From an uncultured Chloroflexia bacterium (GTDB lineage Bacteria; Chloroflexota; Limnocylindria; Limnocylindrales; CSP1-4): a DNA stretch of 64,000 nt. The notes under the pieces are model-generated. The model saw only the letters and a program-made list of their open reading frames with translations, made no database searches and had not been told where the DNA came from. The stretch spans positions 800,001-864,000 of the forward strand of contig CAWHXD010000019.1 of assembly GCA_963833225.1 (NCBI GenBank), written 5' to 3'. The translations under genes and the position numbers were made by a program. This document shows, one piece after another, positions 31,867 to 43,852 of this stretch (position 1 is the first letter of the stretch; every line of letters starts with the position of its first letter).

Positions 31867-32805
31867 TCAGGGTCTGGGGATCGGTGGGCCGACCTCCGCG
31901 CGCCGGTCCCGCAGGCGCCGCATCGCCGGCCCACTGTTGACCAGCGCGATCCCCGCGATGACCAGCGCCGCTCCGCCGATCCGGTTGAGCGTCACCGGGT
32001 CACCGAGGACCACGGCACCCAGGGCGATGCCCACGACCGGGAGCAGGTAGGCGACCATCGACGTGCGGGTCGCTCCCCATTGCTGGAGGATCGTGAAGTA
32101 GGCGAGGTAGGCAAGCCCGGATCCGAGCGAGCCCAGCCACAGCACCGCGACGAAGGCCTCGGGCGCCGGTGAGACCGTCTCGAACGGGCGGTCCACGATC
32201 AGCGCCAGCGGCACCGCGATCAACGCCGCGAACGAGACCTGGAACAGGGCCGGGACCATGGGTCGCAGGCCGTGCACGTTGCGCCGGGCGTACACGTTGC
32301 CGATGCCGTAGCAGATCGACGATCCGATCATCATCAGCTCCCCGCTGAGATCCGAGTCGCCCAGGTTCACGAGGTCGGGTGCGACCAGCAGGATCACGCC
32401 CGAGAACCCGAGCGCGAGGCCCGCGACCCGGGCGAGCGTGACGCGCTCGTCGGGGAGGAACAGCGGCGCCAGGACGATCACGGTCAGCGGCACCGTGGCG
32501 TTGAGAATCGAGGCGAGGGAGGAGTCGATGGACTGCTCGCCGACCGTGATCAGGATGAACGGCATCACCACGTTCACGATGCTCATCACGAACAGGTGGA
32601 GGTACTGCATCGGCCGCCGCGGCAGCTCCTGGCGGGCGACGGCGACCACGGAAGCGAGGAAGATCGCGCCGATCCCCAGGCGCCCCGCGATCAGGGTGAG
32701 GGGTGGCAGGCTCCCCAGCCCGATCTTGATCCACAGGTACGAGGAGCCCCAGAAGAAGCCGAGGGCGAGGAACGGGATCCACACCCACGTCGTGCTCTTC
32801 TGCAT
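31867..32805 (-). CDS. EamA/DMT family transporter
   Basis: WGSSYLWIK, SILNATVPL, GATRTSMVAYLLPV. Confidence 0.9.
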   Translation of the reverse strand: MQKSTTWVWIPFLALGFFWGSSYLWIKIGLGSLPPLTLIAGRLGIGAIFLASVVAVARQELPRRPMQYLHLFVMSIVNVVMPFILITVGEQSIDSSLASILNATVPLTVIVLAPLFLPDERVTLARVAGLALGFSGVILLVAPDLVNLGDSDLSGELMMIGSSICYGIGNVYARRNVHGLRPMVPALFQVSFAALIAVPLALIVDRPFETVSPAPEAFVAVLWLGSLGSGLAYLAYFTILQQWGATRTSMVAYLLPVVGIALGAVVLGDPVTLNRIGGAALVIAGIALVNSGPAMRRLRDRRAEVGPPIPRP

Positions 32806-32871
32806 CGCGGGATGATAGCCGCCGCCGGGCGACCCACGATGCGCCCCGGGCGAGGGTAGGCTTGGTGGCAC

Positions 32872-34081
32872 ATGTCCAACCCCGTCGCGGATCCCGACGC
32901 AGCCGTCCTCGTCGGCGACCCGGCCGCACTGGCGCGCCGGCTGTGCGCCCTCTCGCCCGAGGCCGCCGCACGGCCCGACGCCGTCCGCGTCGTGCATGCG
33001 CCCGGGCGCGTGAACCTGATCGGGGAGCACACCGACTACAACGAGGGGTTCGTGCTCCCGGTCGCGATCGACCTCGGCATCTCGATCGCCCTGGTCCCCA
33101 CCGACGACGACCGCGTGGAGCTGACGCTGGCGGCGACCGGCGTGACCGGCGTGCTGAACGTCCGTGCGGTGGGGGAGCGACGGGACTCGTGGCTGGACTA
33201 CGTGGCCGGGATGGCCTGGTCGCTGGGTGAGTCGGGAGCTGGGCCGCGCGGGTTCCGCGGGCTGCTTGCCTCGGACCTGCCGCAGGCGGCCGGGCTGTCC
33301 TCGTCGGCGGCGATCCAGGTGGTGGCCGCCTGGGCGCTGTCCGGCGGTGCCCGTCCGCCGCTCGACCCGATGCGGCTGGTCCACGTGGTCCAGCGCTCGG
33401 AGAACGGCTACATCGGGCTCAACAACGGGATCATGGACCAGTTCGCGTCGATCTTTGGCGAGCGGGACCGGGCCCTGCTGCTCGATTGCCGGTCGCTCGA
33501 GCACCGGTCGGTGCCGCTGCCGCTGGACGAGGTCGCCCTGATCGCCATCCATTCCGGATCGCCGCGCAAGCTCGAGGCGTCGGCCTACAACGAGCGTCGC
33601 ACGCAGTGCGAGGCGGCGGTCATGGCGATCGCGGCGATCGAGCCCGGCGTGACCGCGCTGCGCGACGTCACGCCGGCGATGCTCGATGCGGTCCGCGCCC
33701 GGCTGGACCCGGTGGCCGCCCGAAGGGCCGGGCACGTCGTGGCCGAGAACCAGCGCGTGCTGGACGCCATCGCGGCCCTCGAGGCGCGCGACCTGGACGA
33801 GGTCGGGCGTCTGTTCTACGCGAGTCACGCATCGCTCCGCGACCTGTACGAGGTGAGCAGCCCGGAGCTCGACGCGCTGGTCGAGATTGCCAGGCCACGC
33901 CCGGCGTGGTCGGCGCGCGGCTGACCGGGGCGGGCTTCGGCGGCTGCACGATCAACCTCGTTCGCCGCGACGCGGTGGACGCATTGCGGGAGGCCGTGCT
34001 GCGCGATTACCCGGCGCGGACGGGCCTCACGCCGCGCGTGTTCCCGGTCGAGGCGAGCGAAGGGGCGCGAAGGCTTACTGA
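32872..34081 (+). CDS. galK: Galactokinase; frameshift ~33892
   Basis: APGRVNLIGEHTDYNEG, GLSSSAA, GIMDQ; GARLTGAGFGG in the adjacent frame. Confidence 0.93.
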
Positions 34082-34137
34082 GGGGCGGTCAACGACGCCA
34101 GCGGCGTGGATCCGGGCGGGACCGTGAAGGCCCCGGG

Positions 34138-36380
34138 TCAGGCGCGATGGAGCTCGAACAACCGGGCCTCGAAGTCCGCCGCAGATAACCCGGATCCCCT
34201 CGTGCATCTGGATCCCGGCGACCCGCGGCTCGCGCGGCTCGATGCCCAGCCCCACGGCCATCAGCTCGTCTCCGGCCCGTTCGATCGTCCGGGGCCGCCA
34301 GGGTGTCGGACCATGCCGTGATCCGGTACCTGGCCGCCGGATCGAGGCCGCGCAGCCGGAGCCGGTTGCGCACGGGCAGCGGGTGGGACAGGACCCGGTA
34401 GTGGGCGACGATCGCGTGGCCCCCGTCACCGTCGACCACCATCCAGGCGGTCTCGTTGCCGCCGCCCTCGAACGGGCTCCGCAGACGCAGGAACCGCCCG
34501 CGCTGGAGCAGCTCGCGGTGCTCGACGTACCAGGACACCTGGTGGCGGACCTCGTCGTGCTCGGCCGGGCTCATCGCCGTGGGATCCAGCTCGTACCCGA
34601 ACACCCCGAACATCGCGACCGCGGCGCGCGTCGAGATGGGGACGACGCGACCCGTCTGGTGATTGGGCACGGCGGACACGTGGGCCGCCATCGACGACGC
34701 CGGGTATACCAGCGACGTTCCCCACTGGATGCGGAGCCGCTCGATGGCGTCGGTGTCGTCACTGGTCCAGGTCTGTGGGGCGTACGCCAGCATGCCGGGG
34801 TCGAACCGGCCGCCGCCGCTCGCGCACGACTCGAACAGGATGTCCGGGAACCGCTCGACCAGCCGCCGGTAGAGCTCGTAGACGCCGAGGATGTAGCGGT
34901 GGTGCAGCTCGTCCTGCCGGTCCGCGGGCAGTGACGGCGTCCACGGCTCGGTGATATTGCGGTTCATGTCCCATTTGACATAGTCGATGGGCGCGCTCGA
35001 GAGGACCGCGACCAGCGCGTCCGCCAGGTGGTCAACGACCTCCGGCCGGGCGAGGTCGAGGACCAGCTGCTGCCGGCCCTCCGTGCTTGGCCGGCCCGGC
35101 ACACCGATCGCCCAGTCCGGGTGGGCGCGGTACAGGTCGCTGTCGGGATTGACCATCTCGGGCTCGATCCACAGGCCGAACCGCAGCCCGAGCCCGTGGA
35201 GGTCGCGCGCAAGCGCCTCGAGCCCGCCGGGCAGCTTGCGCCGGTCCACCATCCAGTCGCCCAGCGACGAATCGTCGTTGTCGCGGCGGCCGAACCAGCC
35301 GTCGTCGAGCACGAACAGCTCGATCCCCAGCGCCTTCGCGCTGGCGGCCATGGCGACCAGGCGGTCATGGTCGAAGTCGTACCAGGTGCCCTCCCAGTTG
35401 TTGAGCACCACCGGGCGGGGCCGGTCGCGCCACCGACCGCGGACGAGCCGGGACCCGTACAGGCCGTGGAACGCCTCGCTCAGGCCGCCCAGGCCCTCTC
35501 CGGACCAAGCGAGGACGGCTTCCGGGGTGGTGAACGTGGCCCCCGGTTCCAGGCGCCAGGAGAACGCTTCCGGGTGGATGCCGATCCGCAGCCGTGCCGT
35601 CCGGAACGGCTCCACCTCCGCCTCTGCCAGGAAGTTGCCCGAGTAGACGAGGCTGATGCCGAGCGCCTCGCCGGCCTCTTCGGTCGTGTCCTCCCGGCGC
35701 AGGGCGAGGAACGGGTTGTGCTCCAGGCCCGACGCCCCCCGCAGGCTCCCCACCGACTGCCGGCCGGGGGCCAGCGGGCGGTCCTGGACGTGGCGCTCCC
35801 GCGCCCACGTCCCGCTGAGCGTCACCAGGCGCCAGTCGGCATCGGGGAGGTCCAATGAGGCGCTCATCGCGCAGCGCACGGTCAGCGATCCCGCGCCGCG
35901 GTTGGCGAGGATCATGGAGCGCGCCACGACCGGCCGGTCCGCGAACAGCGTGAGGCGCAGCGTGGCGCGCAGCCCGGTTGGCGCGTCGTCGAGGTCGATC
36001 TCGAGCGTCTCCGCCTCGCCGGGGTCCTCGACATACGTCGACGGCAATCCGGCGAGGTCCGGCTTGCCGGCAAGGACACGGTGGCCCGCGTAGCGGAGAT
36101 CGAGGACCGTCGAGCCGTCGGGCCCCTCCACGACCAGCGCCGGGATCCGCCAGTCGCCGACGCCGGGCGTCGGGACCTCCAGCGGGACGGGTTCGCCGAC
36201 GCGGTTGGAGAAGCCGGTGAACTCGCCCGGGCCCAGGTGGCGCAGCGAGCCGCCGGCCTCAAGCGGGGCGCCCGCGTGGAGGTGCCCCAGCCAGCCGTTC
36301 TCGAGCACCCGCAGCGCGTAGCTGACCCGCCCGTTGGCGAGATGCCACTCGCGAGCGTCCTCGTCCCAGTGGATCGTCAT
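34138..36380 (-). CDS. Alpha-galactosidase (GH36); frameshifts ~34290 and ~34190
   Basis: LNNWEG, LFVLDDGWFG, FGLWIEPEMV, YVKWDMNR, CASGGGRFD, WTSDDTDA; C-terminus DFEARLFELHRA*. Confidence 0.92.
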
Positions 36381-39300
36381 GCCGGAGCAGTCTCCATCGA
36401 GATCGTCCACGCCCAGCGATAGGTGCCCGGGCGGAGGACGTACGCCTCAAGGGTATCGGGCCCGCAGCTTGCGGTGCCCACGCCGCGGTGCGCGGCATCG
36501 AGCTGGATGATCGTCTCGGGGGAGGTCCGCAGCTCGGCGTCGTGGGTCGCCGCGTCGAGATCGGCGGCACGCAGGTGCGTGACCGAGACCTGTCGAGGCT
36601 GGTCGAGGTCGAGCCGGATCCCGCCGGCCGGCCCGCCGACGCGAAGCCACCGCGTATCTGCGTGTCCGCCGTTCTCCTGCGGTCGAAGGTAGCGCGTGCC
36701 CGCGGCGGTCACCGTCGACGTCCATCGACCCACCAGCCCGCCGCGCCGCCGGTCGGGGTACGTCTCGTGGGGCCCGCGCCCGAACCATTCGAGATCCTCG
36801 TGGCCGGCGGCGAGCTCCAGCACCGTCCCGACCCGAGGCAGGTCGTCGAGGACCGGGGGGATCTCGACGGTCTCCTCGATCCAAATCCGGCCGTCGGCGG
36901 CGACGGCCATCCGCTGGACATGCGGCACCACGATCCCGGTGGCCGTGGTCCACGTTGCCCGGACCGTCACTCCGTCCGCCTCCCGCTCGATCCCGTCGAG
37001 GCGACGGGACAGCGTGGACAGCCCCCAGCCGGCCCAGCGGGCCGCCATGCCGCCGATTCGGTCGTTGTCGGTGGGCGCCCGCCAGAGGGACAGGGCCGGC
37101 GGCGTCGTGAGCGCGGGGAGGAGGAGTCGCCCCTGTTCGTCCAGCACGACGTCGCCGGTCCAGCCCGCCGCCGTCGCGGTGGCGGTGCCGGGCATGGTTG
37201 CCGTATCCAGCGGCACCTGTGCCCAGCCCATCTCGTGGTTCGCCGGCGCCCATGCGGTCGCGCCGGCGGTGAGGAAGCGAAGCGTGAGCCAACGTTCGCC
37301 GGCGCCCTCCGGTGGCAGGCGCCAGCCGGGGATCGCGACCTCGGCCCGGTCACCCGGGGCGATCCGCGGCAGCGGCAGGTCGCCGCGGGCAACCGGATCG
37401 CCATCGACGGTGGTCTCCCAGGTGGCGCGCAGCCACGTGGCGTCGCGGAACTCGCCCCGGTTCTCGATCGTGACCCGTCCTTCGCGCGCGGCGTTGATGG
37501 CCGCGTCGTCATGCATCGCCCGGACCGGCGCCGCGAGATGCCTGTGCTCGAAGATCGCGGGCTTTGGGCTCCGGTCCGGGAACACCATGCCGTCGAGGAC
37601 GAACGTGCCGTCGTTGGGCACGTCGCCGAAGTCGCCGCCGTACGCGGCCCGCACCGTCCCGTCGGGCAGCCGCTGGTCCAGGCCGTGGTCGCGCCACTCC
37701 CAGATGAACCCGCCCTGGAGCCCGGGCGTTGCCTCGATCGCGTCCCAGTACTCGGCCAGCGTGCCGTTGCTGTTGCCCATCGCGTGGCTGAACTCACACA
37801 TGATGAGCGGGTGCCGCTGGAGGCCCGGAACGGGCGTGCGCGACGATCGCCGAGATCGGTGGATACATCGGGCACACGACGTCGCTCGCCGTCTGGGGGC
37901 TGCCCCAGTCGAACCGGATCGCGCCCTCGTAGTGGAGCGGACGCGACGGGTCAGCCCGGCGGGCCCAGCCCGCGGCCGCGTCGTGGTTGGCCCCGTACCC
38001 GGACTCGTTGCCCAGGGACCAGGCGATGATCGAGGCGTGGTGCCGATCGCGCTCGATCATGCGCGCGACCCGGTCCACGAACGCCGCCCGGTAGCGCGGG
38101 TCGTGGCACACGTCGTCGTACCAGCCGTGCGACTCGATGTCCGCCTCGTCGACGACGTACAGCCCCAGCTCGTCACACACGTCGAGCAGGGATGGATCAT
38201 TCGGGTAGTGCGAGGTGCGCAGGGCGTTGAACCCCCACCGCTTCATCGCGATCACGTCGTCGCGCATGTCCCGGGCGGCGATGACCCGGCCTGTTCGCCG
38301 GTCGAAGTCGTGGCGGTTGACGCCGCGGATCAGCACCGCCCGCCCGTTGACGAGCAGCTCGACGCCGCGAACCTCGACCCTGCGGAACCCGATCCGTCGC
38401 TCGACCCGCTCGACGGCCGCGCCGTCCGGCGCACGGAGCACGACGCTCAGCGTCCGCAGGGCGGGCACCTCCGCCGACCACGGCGTGACACCCGGGACGC
38501 GCGTGGCAAGCTGGACCCGCCCGATCCTGGGCGGCCTGACGACGGGCTCGGCGTCCGCCCAGCGCGCCCGATCGTCAGCATCATCGAGGGCGCCGGCCGC
38601 ATTGAGGCTGACCAGGTCGAGGACGCCGCGCCTGGGCGGCCCCGGCACCACGAACGCGCCCGGGCCGCGATCCGCCGTCGGTGCATCGGGCGCGATCGCG
38701 CCGAGCGGCTCCGCGGCACCCTCGATCGTCGCCTCGACGCGCCAACCGGGCCCCGGTGTCTCACCATCGGGCCAGCCCAGTGCGACCTCGAGCTCCAGGG
38801 TCCCGGTCGAGAGGTCCTCGTCCAGACCGGCATCGATCCGGAGCCCGGCCAGGTGAACGAGCCCGGTCGCGTACAGGAATACGGAGCGCGTGATCCCGCC
38901 GTGCCACCACTGGTCCTGGTCCTCGATGAACGAGGCATCCGACCACTTGATGACGGTCAGCCGGAGGTCGTTGGCGCCCGTCCGCAGCAGGCCGGTGATC
39001 TCGAACTCGGCGGCCAGGTGCGAGTCCTTGCTGACGCCGACCTCGACCCCATTGACGTGCGCGATGAGCACGCTCTCCGCGGCACCCACGTGGAGCACGA
39101 TCCGGCGGCCCGTCCACGCGGCCGGCAGCTCGAACGAGCGCTCGTAGACGCCGGTCGGGTTCGCCTCCGGTGTCGCCGGCGGCCGGTCCGGGAACGGCAT
39201 CTGGACGTTGGTGTAGATCGGGTGGTCCCAGGTGTCCTGCATCGTCCAGCAGCCCGGGACCTCGATGTCGCGCCATGCCGCCTCAGCCGGGTCGGCGTCC

Positions 39301-39455
39301 GGCGTGTGAAGCAGCTGGAACCGCCAGGTCCCGTCGAGCTCGAGCCGGTCGAGGTGGGGGACGGCATGCATCGGCAGCCGGCCACGGGCGATCAGCTCGG
39401 GGTCGGCCCACGGCCTGGGCATCGACAGAGGCTTGGTCATGCTGGCTCCGGTCAT
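36377..39455 (-). CDS. lacZ: Beta-galactosidase (GH2, LacZ-type); frameshift ~37825
   Basis: YTNVQMPF, EDQDQW, GVNRH, RTSHYP, WSLGNESG, CEFSHAMGNS, WRAPTDND. Confidence 0.92.
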
Positions 39456-39467
39456 GTCCGCGGTCGC

Positions 39468-40376
39468 TCAGCCCTTGGTCGCACCCAATGCCAGGCCACG
39501 CACGAACTGTTTCTGGAGGGCGACGAACACCAGGATCGTCGGGATCGCCACTAGCAGCGACCCGGCGGCAAGCAGGTTGTTGTCGGCGAAGAACTGGCCC
39601 TGGAGATTGTTGAGGGCCGACGTGATGGGCCGGCGGTCCCCCGACTTCATGAGCATCACCGCCCAGAAGAAGTCGTTGTAGATGAACGTGAACTCGAGCG
39701 TGGCCAGGGCGGCAAGCGCCGGGCGACACAGCGGCAGGATCACCCGCCGGTACATCGTCCACACCCCGGCCCCGTCGACGACCGCCGCCTCGGTGAGCTC
39801 GTGCGAGATCGTGCGCATGTAGTTGCCCAGCACGAAGATGCAGAACCCCATCTGGAACACGACGTGGATCAGGATGATCCCGACGTACTGGTCGTACAGC
39901 AGGCCGTTATCGCTCAGCGGGGCCGGGATCCCCTTGATCGTCTTGTAGATCCAGAACAGCGGGATGATGATCACCTGCGGCGGCAGCAGGTTGCCGGCCG
40001 TGAACAGCATCAGCAGACCCAGGTTGAACCGGAACCGGAACCGCGTCAGCGCGAACGCCACCATCGAGGCGACGAACAGGGTCAGGACGAGCGCGGGGAT
40101 CGTCACGATCAGCGTGTTCAGGTAGTAGTGCGGCAGCTCGGCCTGGTTCCAGGCCCGGACGAAGTTGTCGATGTTGAGCGTGGTCGGGAGCGAGACGTAG
40201 CCGTTCGCCTGAGTGTCGGCATAGGGCCGAAGGGCCGTGTAGATCGCCCACCCGAGCGGGAAGAACCACAGGATGGCCATCGAGATGAGGAACGCGTGCG
40301 TGGCCAAGCGCCCCCATCGGATGCCCCGCTTGGGACGAGCCCGGAGCTGCCTGGTCTCGGCCGCGGCCGCGCTCAC
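39468..40376 (-). CDS. Carbohydrate ABC transporter permease
   Basis: EAAVVDGAG EAA loop; QKQFVRGLALGATKG. Confidence 0.93.
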   Translation of the reverse strand: MSAAAAETRQLRARPKRGIRWGRLATHAFLISMAILWFFPLGWAIYTALRPYADTQANGYVSLPTTLNIDNFVRAWNQAELPHYYLNTLIVTIPALVLTLFVASMVAFALTRFRFRFNLGLLMLFTAGNLLPPQVIIIPLFWIYKTIKGIPAPLSDNGLLYDQYVGIILIHVVFQMGFCIFVLGNYMRTISHELTEAAVVDGAGVWTMYRRVILPLCRPALAALATLEFTFIYNDFFWAVMLMKSGDRRPITSALNNLQGQFFADNNLLAAGSLLVAIPTILVFVALQKQFVRGLALGATKG

Positions 40377-41341
40377 CGCGATTGCTCCCGCATCGTCCGG
40401 TTGAGGAAGACGAGGATCGGGCCGAGCGAGATGACCAGCAGCACGACGGCGATCGCCGATCCAAAGCCCACCCGGTTGGACTCGCTGACGGCGTTGTTCG
40501 TGATCAGGGTCGACAACAGCTCCAGCCCGCCCTTGCCGCGGTTGAGGACGTACACGAGGTCGAAGGCGCGGAACGACTCGATGATGGTCACGACCACCAC
40601 CACGATGTTGATCGGGGCCATCACCGGGAACACGACGCGCCGGAAGATCTGACGCTCGTTGGCGCCGTCGACCTTGGCCGCCTCGCGCAGGGTTGGGTCG
40701 ACGCCCTTGAGCCCCGCCAGGTACAGGATCATGACGTAGCCCGCGTGGCGCCAGCAGGCGGCCACGATGACGGCCCAGATGTTGATGTTCGGATCGCCCA
40801 GCCAGAAGATCTGCGTGCCGGGCTGCGACCGCCCCAGGATGTTGTTGATGAAGCCCTGCTCAGGTGCGTACTGGAGCACCCAGATGAAGCCGATGATCGC
40901 GAGCGACAGGACCACCGGCAGGTAGAGCACGCTCTGGTAGATCCGGGTGCCCCGGAGCTCCCGGTCCAGCAGCACCGCGAACAGCATGCCGATCGGGGTT
41001 GCGATGAACATCAGCGACCCCAGCCAGAGCAGGTTGTGGGTGAGGGCCGGCCAGAAGAACGGGTACTTGGTGAACAGGTTCTGGTAGTTGGTCAGCCCGA
41101 TCACGTTGTCGCCGGTCAGGCCGCCGATCCCGGTCCAGTTCGTGAACGACAGGCCAACCGAGGCGATCGTCGTGCCCCAGATGAGGACCAGGTCGAACAG
41201 CAGCGGGATGCCGATCATCAGCGCCAGGACCATCTTGTCCCGGCGCGTCAGCAGGCTGTAGCGCCGCCGGACGCGCGACGCCCCCGCTCCCCGGCTAGAA
41301 GCCGGCGGGACGGGGGCGACGTGATCGGCCTGTGAGGTCAC
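40373..41341 (-). CDS. Carbohydrate ABC transporter permease
   Basis: LAGLKGVD..LREAAKVDGA; SFRAFD. Confidence 0.93.
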   Translation of the reverse strand: MTSQADHVAPVPPASSRGAGASRVRRRYSLLTRRDKMVLALMIGIPLLFDLVLIWGTTIASVGLSFTNWTGIGGLTGDNVIGLTNYQNLFTKYPFFWPALTHNLLWLGSLMFIATPIGMLFAVLLDRELRGTRIYQSVLYLPVVLSLAIIGFIWVLQYAPEQGFINNILGRSQPGTQIFWLGDPNINIWAVIVAACWRHAGYVMILYLAGLKGVDPTLREAAKVDGANERQIFRRVVFPVMAPINIVVVVVTIIESFRAFDLVYVLNRGKGGLELLSTLITNNAVSESNRVGFGSAIAVVLLVISLGPILVFLNRTMREQSR

Positions 41342-41377
41342 GGTCTCGACAGTCTAGCGAGGCCGTCGAGCCAGGTT

Positions 41378-42772
41378 CTAGAGGGTGTCCCAGAAGTCCT
41401 GGATCTTCTGCATGAAGGCATCCAGGTCCTGGGACGGGTTGTTGATGAAGTCGATCAGGAACCCCTGCATCCCGTTCGGGCCCGCGAAGTTCGGGTTGGT
41501 ATCCCGATCGAGGAACTGGGTGATTCGCTGGGCGCCGCCGATCAGCTCGGCGGCCTTCTTCTGGAGGCTGTTGTAGGTGCTGGTGTCGGCGTCCAGGGCA
41601 GCGGCGATGTTGCCCGGGTTCGCCGTCGTGTAGATGATCTGGGTGCTGCCCTGGGACAGGAACTCCATGAACGCCTTGGCACCGTCGATGTCATCGGCGA
41701 GTGTTGGCGCGTTCTTGGCGACCATGAACCCGTCGATCGGGGCGTCGAGGGCCTTCTCCGCGTCGTACTGGGTGCCGAAGTTCGGGTACGGGAAGAAGTC
41801 GAGGTCTGCAAGGTCCTCGTTGGCGGCCACGAACTGCTCGGACACGAACATGCCCAACAGGTACATGCCGGCCTTCTTCTGGACCAGTGCCTGCGCCGCG
41901 TCCTGCCACGTTCGGCCAGCCGCGCCCTCCTGGTAGTAGGGGAGCAGGTCCTTCCAGACCGTGAACACCTGCTTGGTTCGATCGTCCGTCCACTTCTCCT
42001 TGCCGGCCATCAGGCCGACGTGGAAGTCGTAGCCGTTCTGACGCAGGTTGATGATGTCGAACGTGCCCATCGCCGGCCAGCCGTCGCTGTCGCCGAAGGC
42101 CATCGGGATCAGCCCATCGGCCTGCATCTTCTGGGCCAGCGTCTTGAACTCGTCGATCGTCGTCGGGATCGTGTAGCCCTTGTCCGCGAACAGGCTCTTC
42201 CGGTAGAAGACGGCCCACGGGTAGTTGTAGATGGGGATGAAGTACTGCTTCCCGTCGTCGCCGGTCGATCCGACCTTGAACGCCTCGGAGTAGTTGGAGC
42301 CCACGGTCGACCAGACATCGCTGATGTCCTCGGCGAGGCCCTGCGCGGCGAAGAAGCGCATCCGGAAGCCGGAGAACCAGGTGAACACGTCGTCTGGTGT
42401 CGCCTGGAGGTAGTTGCTGATCTGGTCCTGGAACGTGCCGTGGTCGGTGGTGTTGACCTTGACCGTGACCCCGGTGGCCGCGGTGAACGCATCGACCATC
42501 TGCTGGAAGGCGTTCTTGGGAACCTCGTCGGAGTAGTTCGACCCGACGGTGATGCTCCCGCCGACGGGCGCCATCGACTCGGGCGCCATCGACTCGGGCG
42601 CCATCGACTCGGGCGCCATCGACTCCGGCGCGGTGCTGGACGCCGGCGACGGCGACGCCGACGGGCCGCACGCGGCGAGAAACGCGGAGACGCCACCGAG
42701 CGCCGCGACGGCGGCGCCACCCTTGAGAACCTGCCGTCGGGACACAGGGGGCAGGCCGTCGAGATCAGCCAT
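41378..42772 (-). CDS. Sugar ABC substrate-binding lipoprotein (Tat signal)
   Basis: SRRQVLK twin-arginine motif, LAAC lipobox, SBP_bac_1-like body; GAGGAGG RBS. Confidence 0.92.
   Translation of the reverse strand: MADLDGLPPVSRRQVLKGGAAVAALGGVSAFLAACGPSASPSPASSTAPESMAPESMAPESMAPESMAPVGGSITVGSNYSDEVPKNAFQQMVDAFTAATGVTVKVNTTDHGTFQDQISNYLQATPDDVFTWFSGFRMRFFAAQGLAEDISDVWSTVGSNYSEAFKVGSTGDDGKQYFIPIYNYPWAVFYRKSLFADKGYTIPTTIDEFKTLAQKMQADGLIPMAFGDSDGWPAMGTFDIINLRQNGYDFHVGLMAGKEKWTDDRTKQVFTVWKDLLPYYQEGAAGRTWQDAAQALVQKKAGMYLLGMFVSEQFVAANEDLADLDFFPYPNFGTQYDAEKALDAPIDGFMVAKNAPTLADDIDGAKAFMEFLSQGSTQIIYTTANPGNIAAALDADTSTYNSLQKKAAELIGGAQRITQFLDRDTNPNFAGPNGMQGFLIDFINNPSQDLDAFMQKIQDFWDTL
42568..42628 (-). 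repeat. 15-bp tandem repeat (4 copies) encoding an (APESM)4 linker
   Basis: GGCGCCATCGACTCG units seen directly. Confidence 0.9.
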
Positions 42773-43000
42773 GCTGAAATCCTCCTCAATGACCGTCCCG
42801 CGAGGCATCGGCGGCTCAGGTCACGGTGCGATTGTTACGACCCTGCTGGCCAATGTCAAGGCATTCGCGCGCATTCGAACGAACATTCGTGTGCGATTGC
42901 GTTGACTTCCTGCAGGGACACGAGCGAAGATTACGTGCACCGCCGTACTGGCGGCGGCCCGCCGGCCGTACGGCGTCAGGTCATCTGGGAGCGCAGGAAG

Positions 43001-43852
43001 ATGCTCGCCCGACAGCGTCAGGCACTCATCCTCGAACGCGTGCGCGAGACCGGGGCCGTCCGGGTCGCGGAGCTCGCGCACGACCTGTCCGTGTCCGACA
43101 TGACCGTTCGGCGAGATCTCGAGGTGCTCCACGATCGGGGTCTGGTGGAGAAGGTCCATGGTGGGGCCACCGCGCTGTCTGGGCTCGCCTCCTATGAGCC
43201 GGGGTTCGTGGCCAAGTCCTCGCTCCAGCAGACGGAGAAGGCAGCCATCGCGGCGGCTGCTGCCGACCTGGTCGAGCCCGGCATGGCGATTGCCATCTCG
43301 GCGGGCACCACGACACACGTGCTCGCGGCGAAGGTCGCCGAGACCCCGGGAGTCACCGTCGTCACCAACTCGGTGCGGGTGGCCGAGGTGCTGTACCGAT
43401 CCGGCCGTCGCGATCAGACGGTGATCCTCACCGGTGGCGTTCGAACGCGGTCCGAAGCACTGGTCGGCCCATTCGCGGTGTCCCAGCTCCGTTCGGTCCA
43501 CGTGGACTTGGTGTTCATGGGGGTACACGGCATGGACGCGCGTGCGGGGTTCACCTGCCCGAACCTGAACGAGGCCGAGACGGACCGGGCCATGATCGAA
43601 GCCGGCCGGCGCCTGGTCGTGATGGCCGACCACAGCAAGTGGGGGGTCATCGGCATCGCCTCCATCGCACGTCTGGACCAGGCCGATGTGCTGATCACGG
43701 ACGCGGGGCTCGAGCGGGACGCCCAGCGGCAGCTCGGCGAGGCCGTCCGCGAACTGGTCCTGGTGGAGTCGCCGACCACCGACGGCGACGGGCAGCCCGT
43801 GCTCATCGGTGTCGAGGTCGAGGACATCGGGAGACCCGGTCGTGCGCACTGA
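43001..43852 (+). CDS. DeoR/GlpR family transcriptional regulator
   Basis: VSDMTVRRDL, KVHGGA, SAGTTT, ADHSKWG. Confidence 0.94.
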   Translation: MLARQRQALILERVRETGAVRVAELAHDLSVSDMTVRRDLEVLHDRGLVEKVHGGATALSGLASYEPGFVAKSSLQQTEKAAIAAAAADLVEPGMAIAISAGTTTHVLAAKVAETPGVTVVTNSVRVAEVLYRSGRRDQTVILTGGVRTRSEALVGPFAVSQLRSVHVDLVFMGVHGMDARAGFTCPNLNEAETDRAMIEAGRRLVVMADHSKWGVIGIASIARLDQADVLITDAGLERDAQRQLGEAVRELVLVESPTTDGDGQPVLIGVEVEDIGRPGRAH

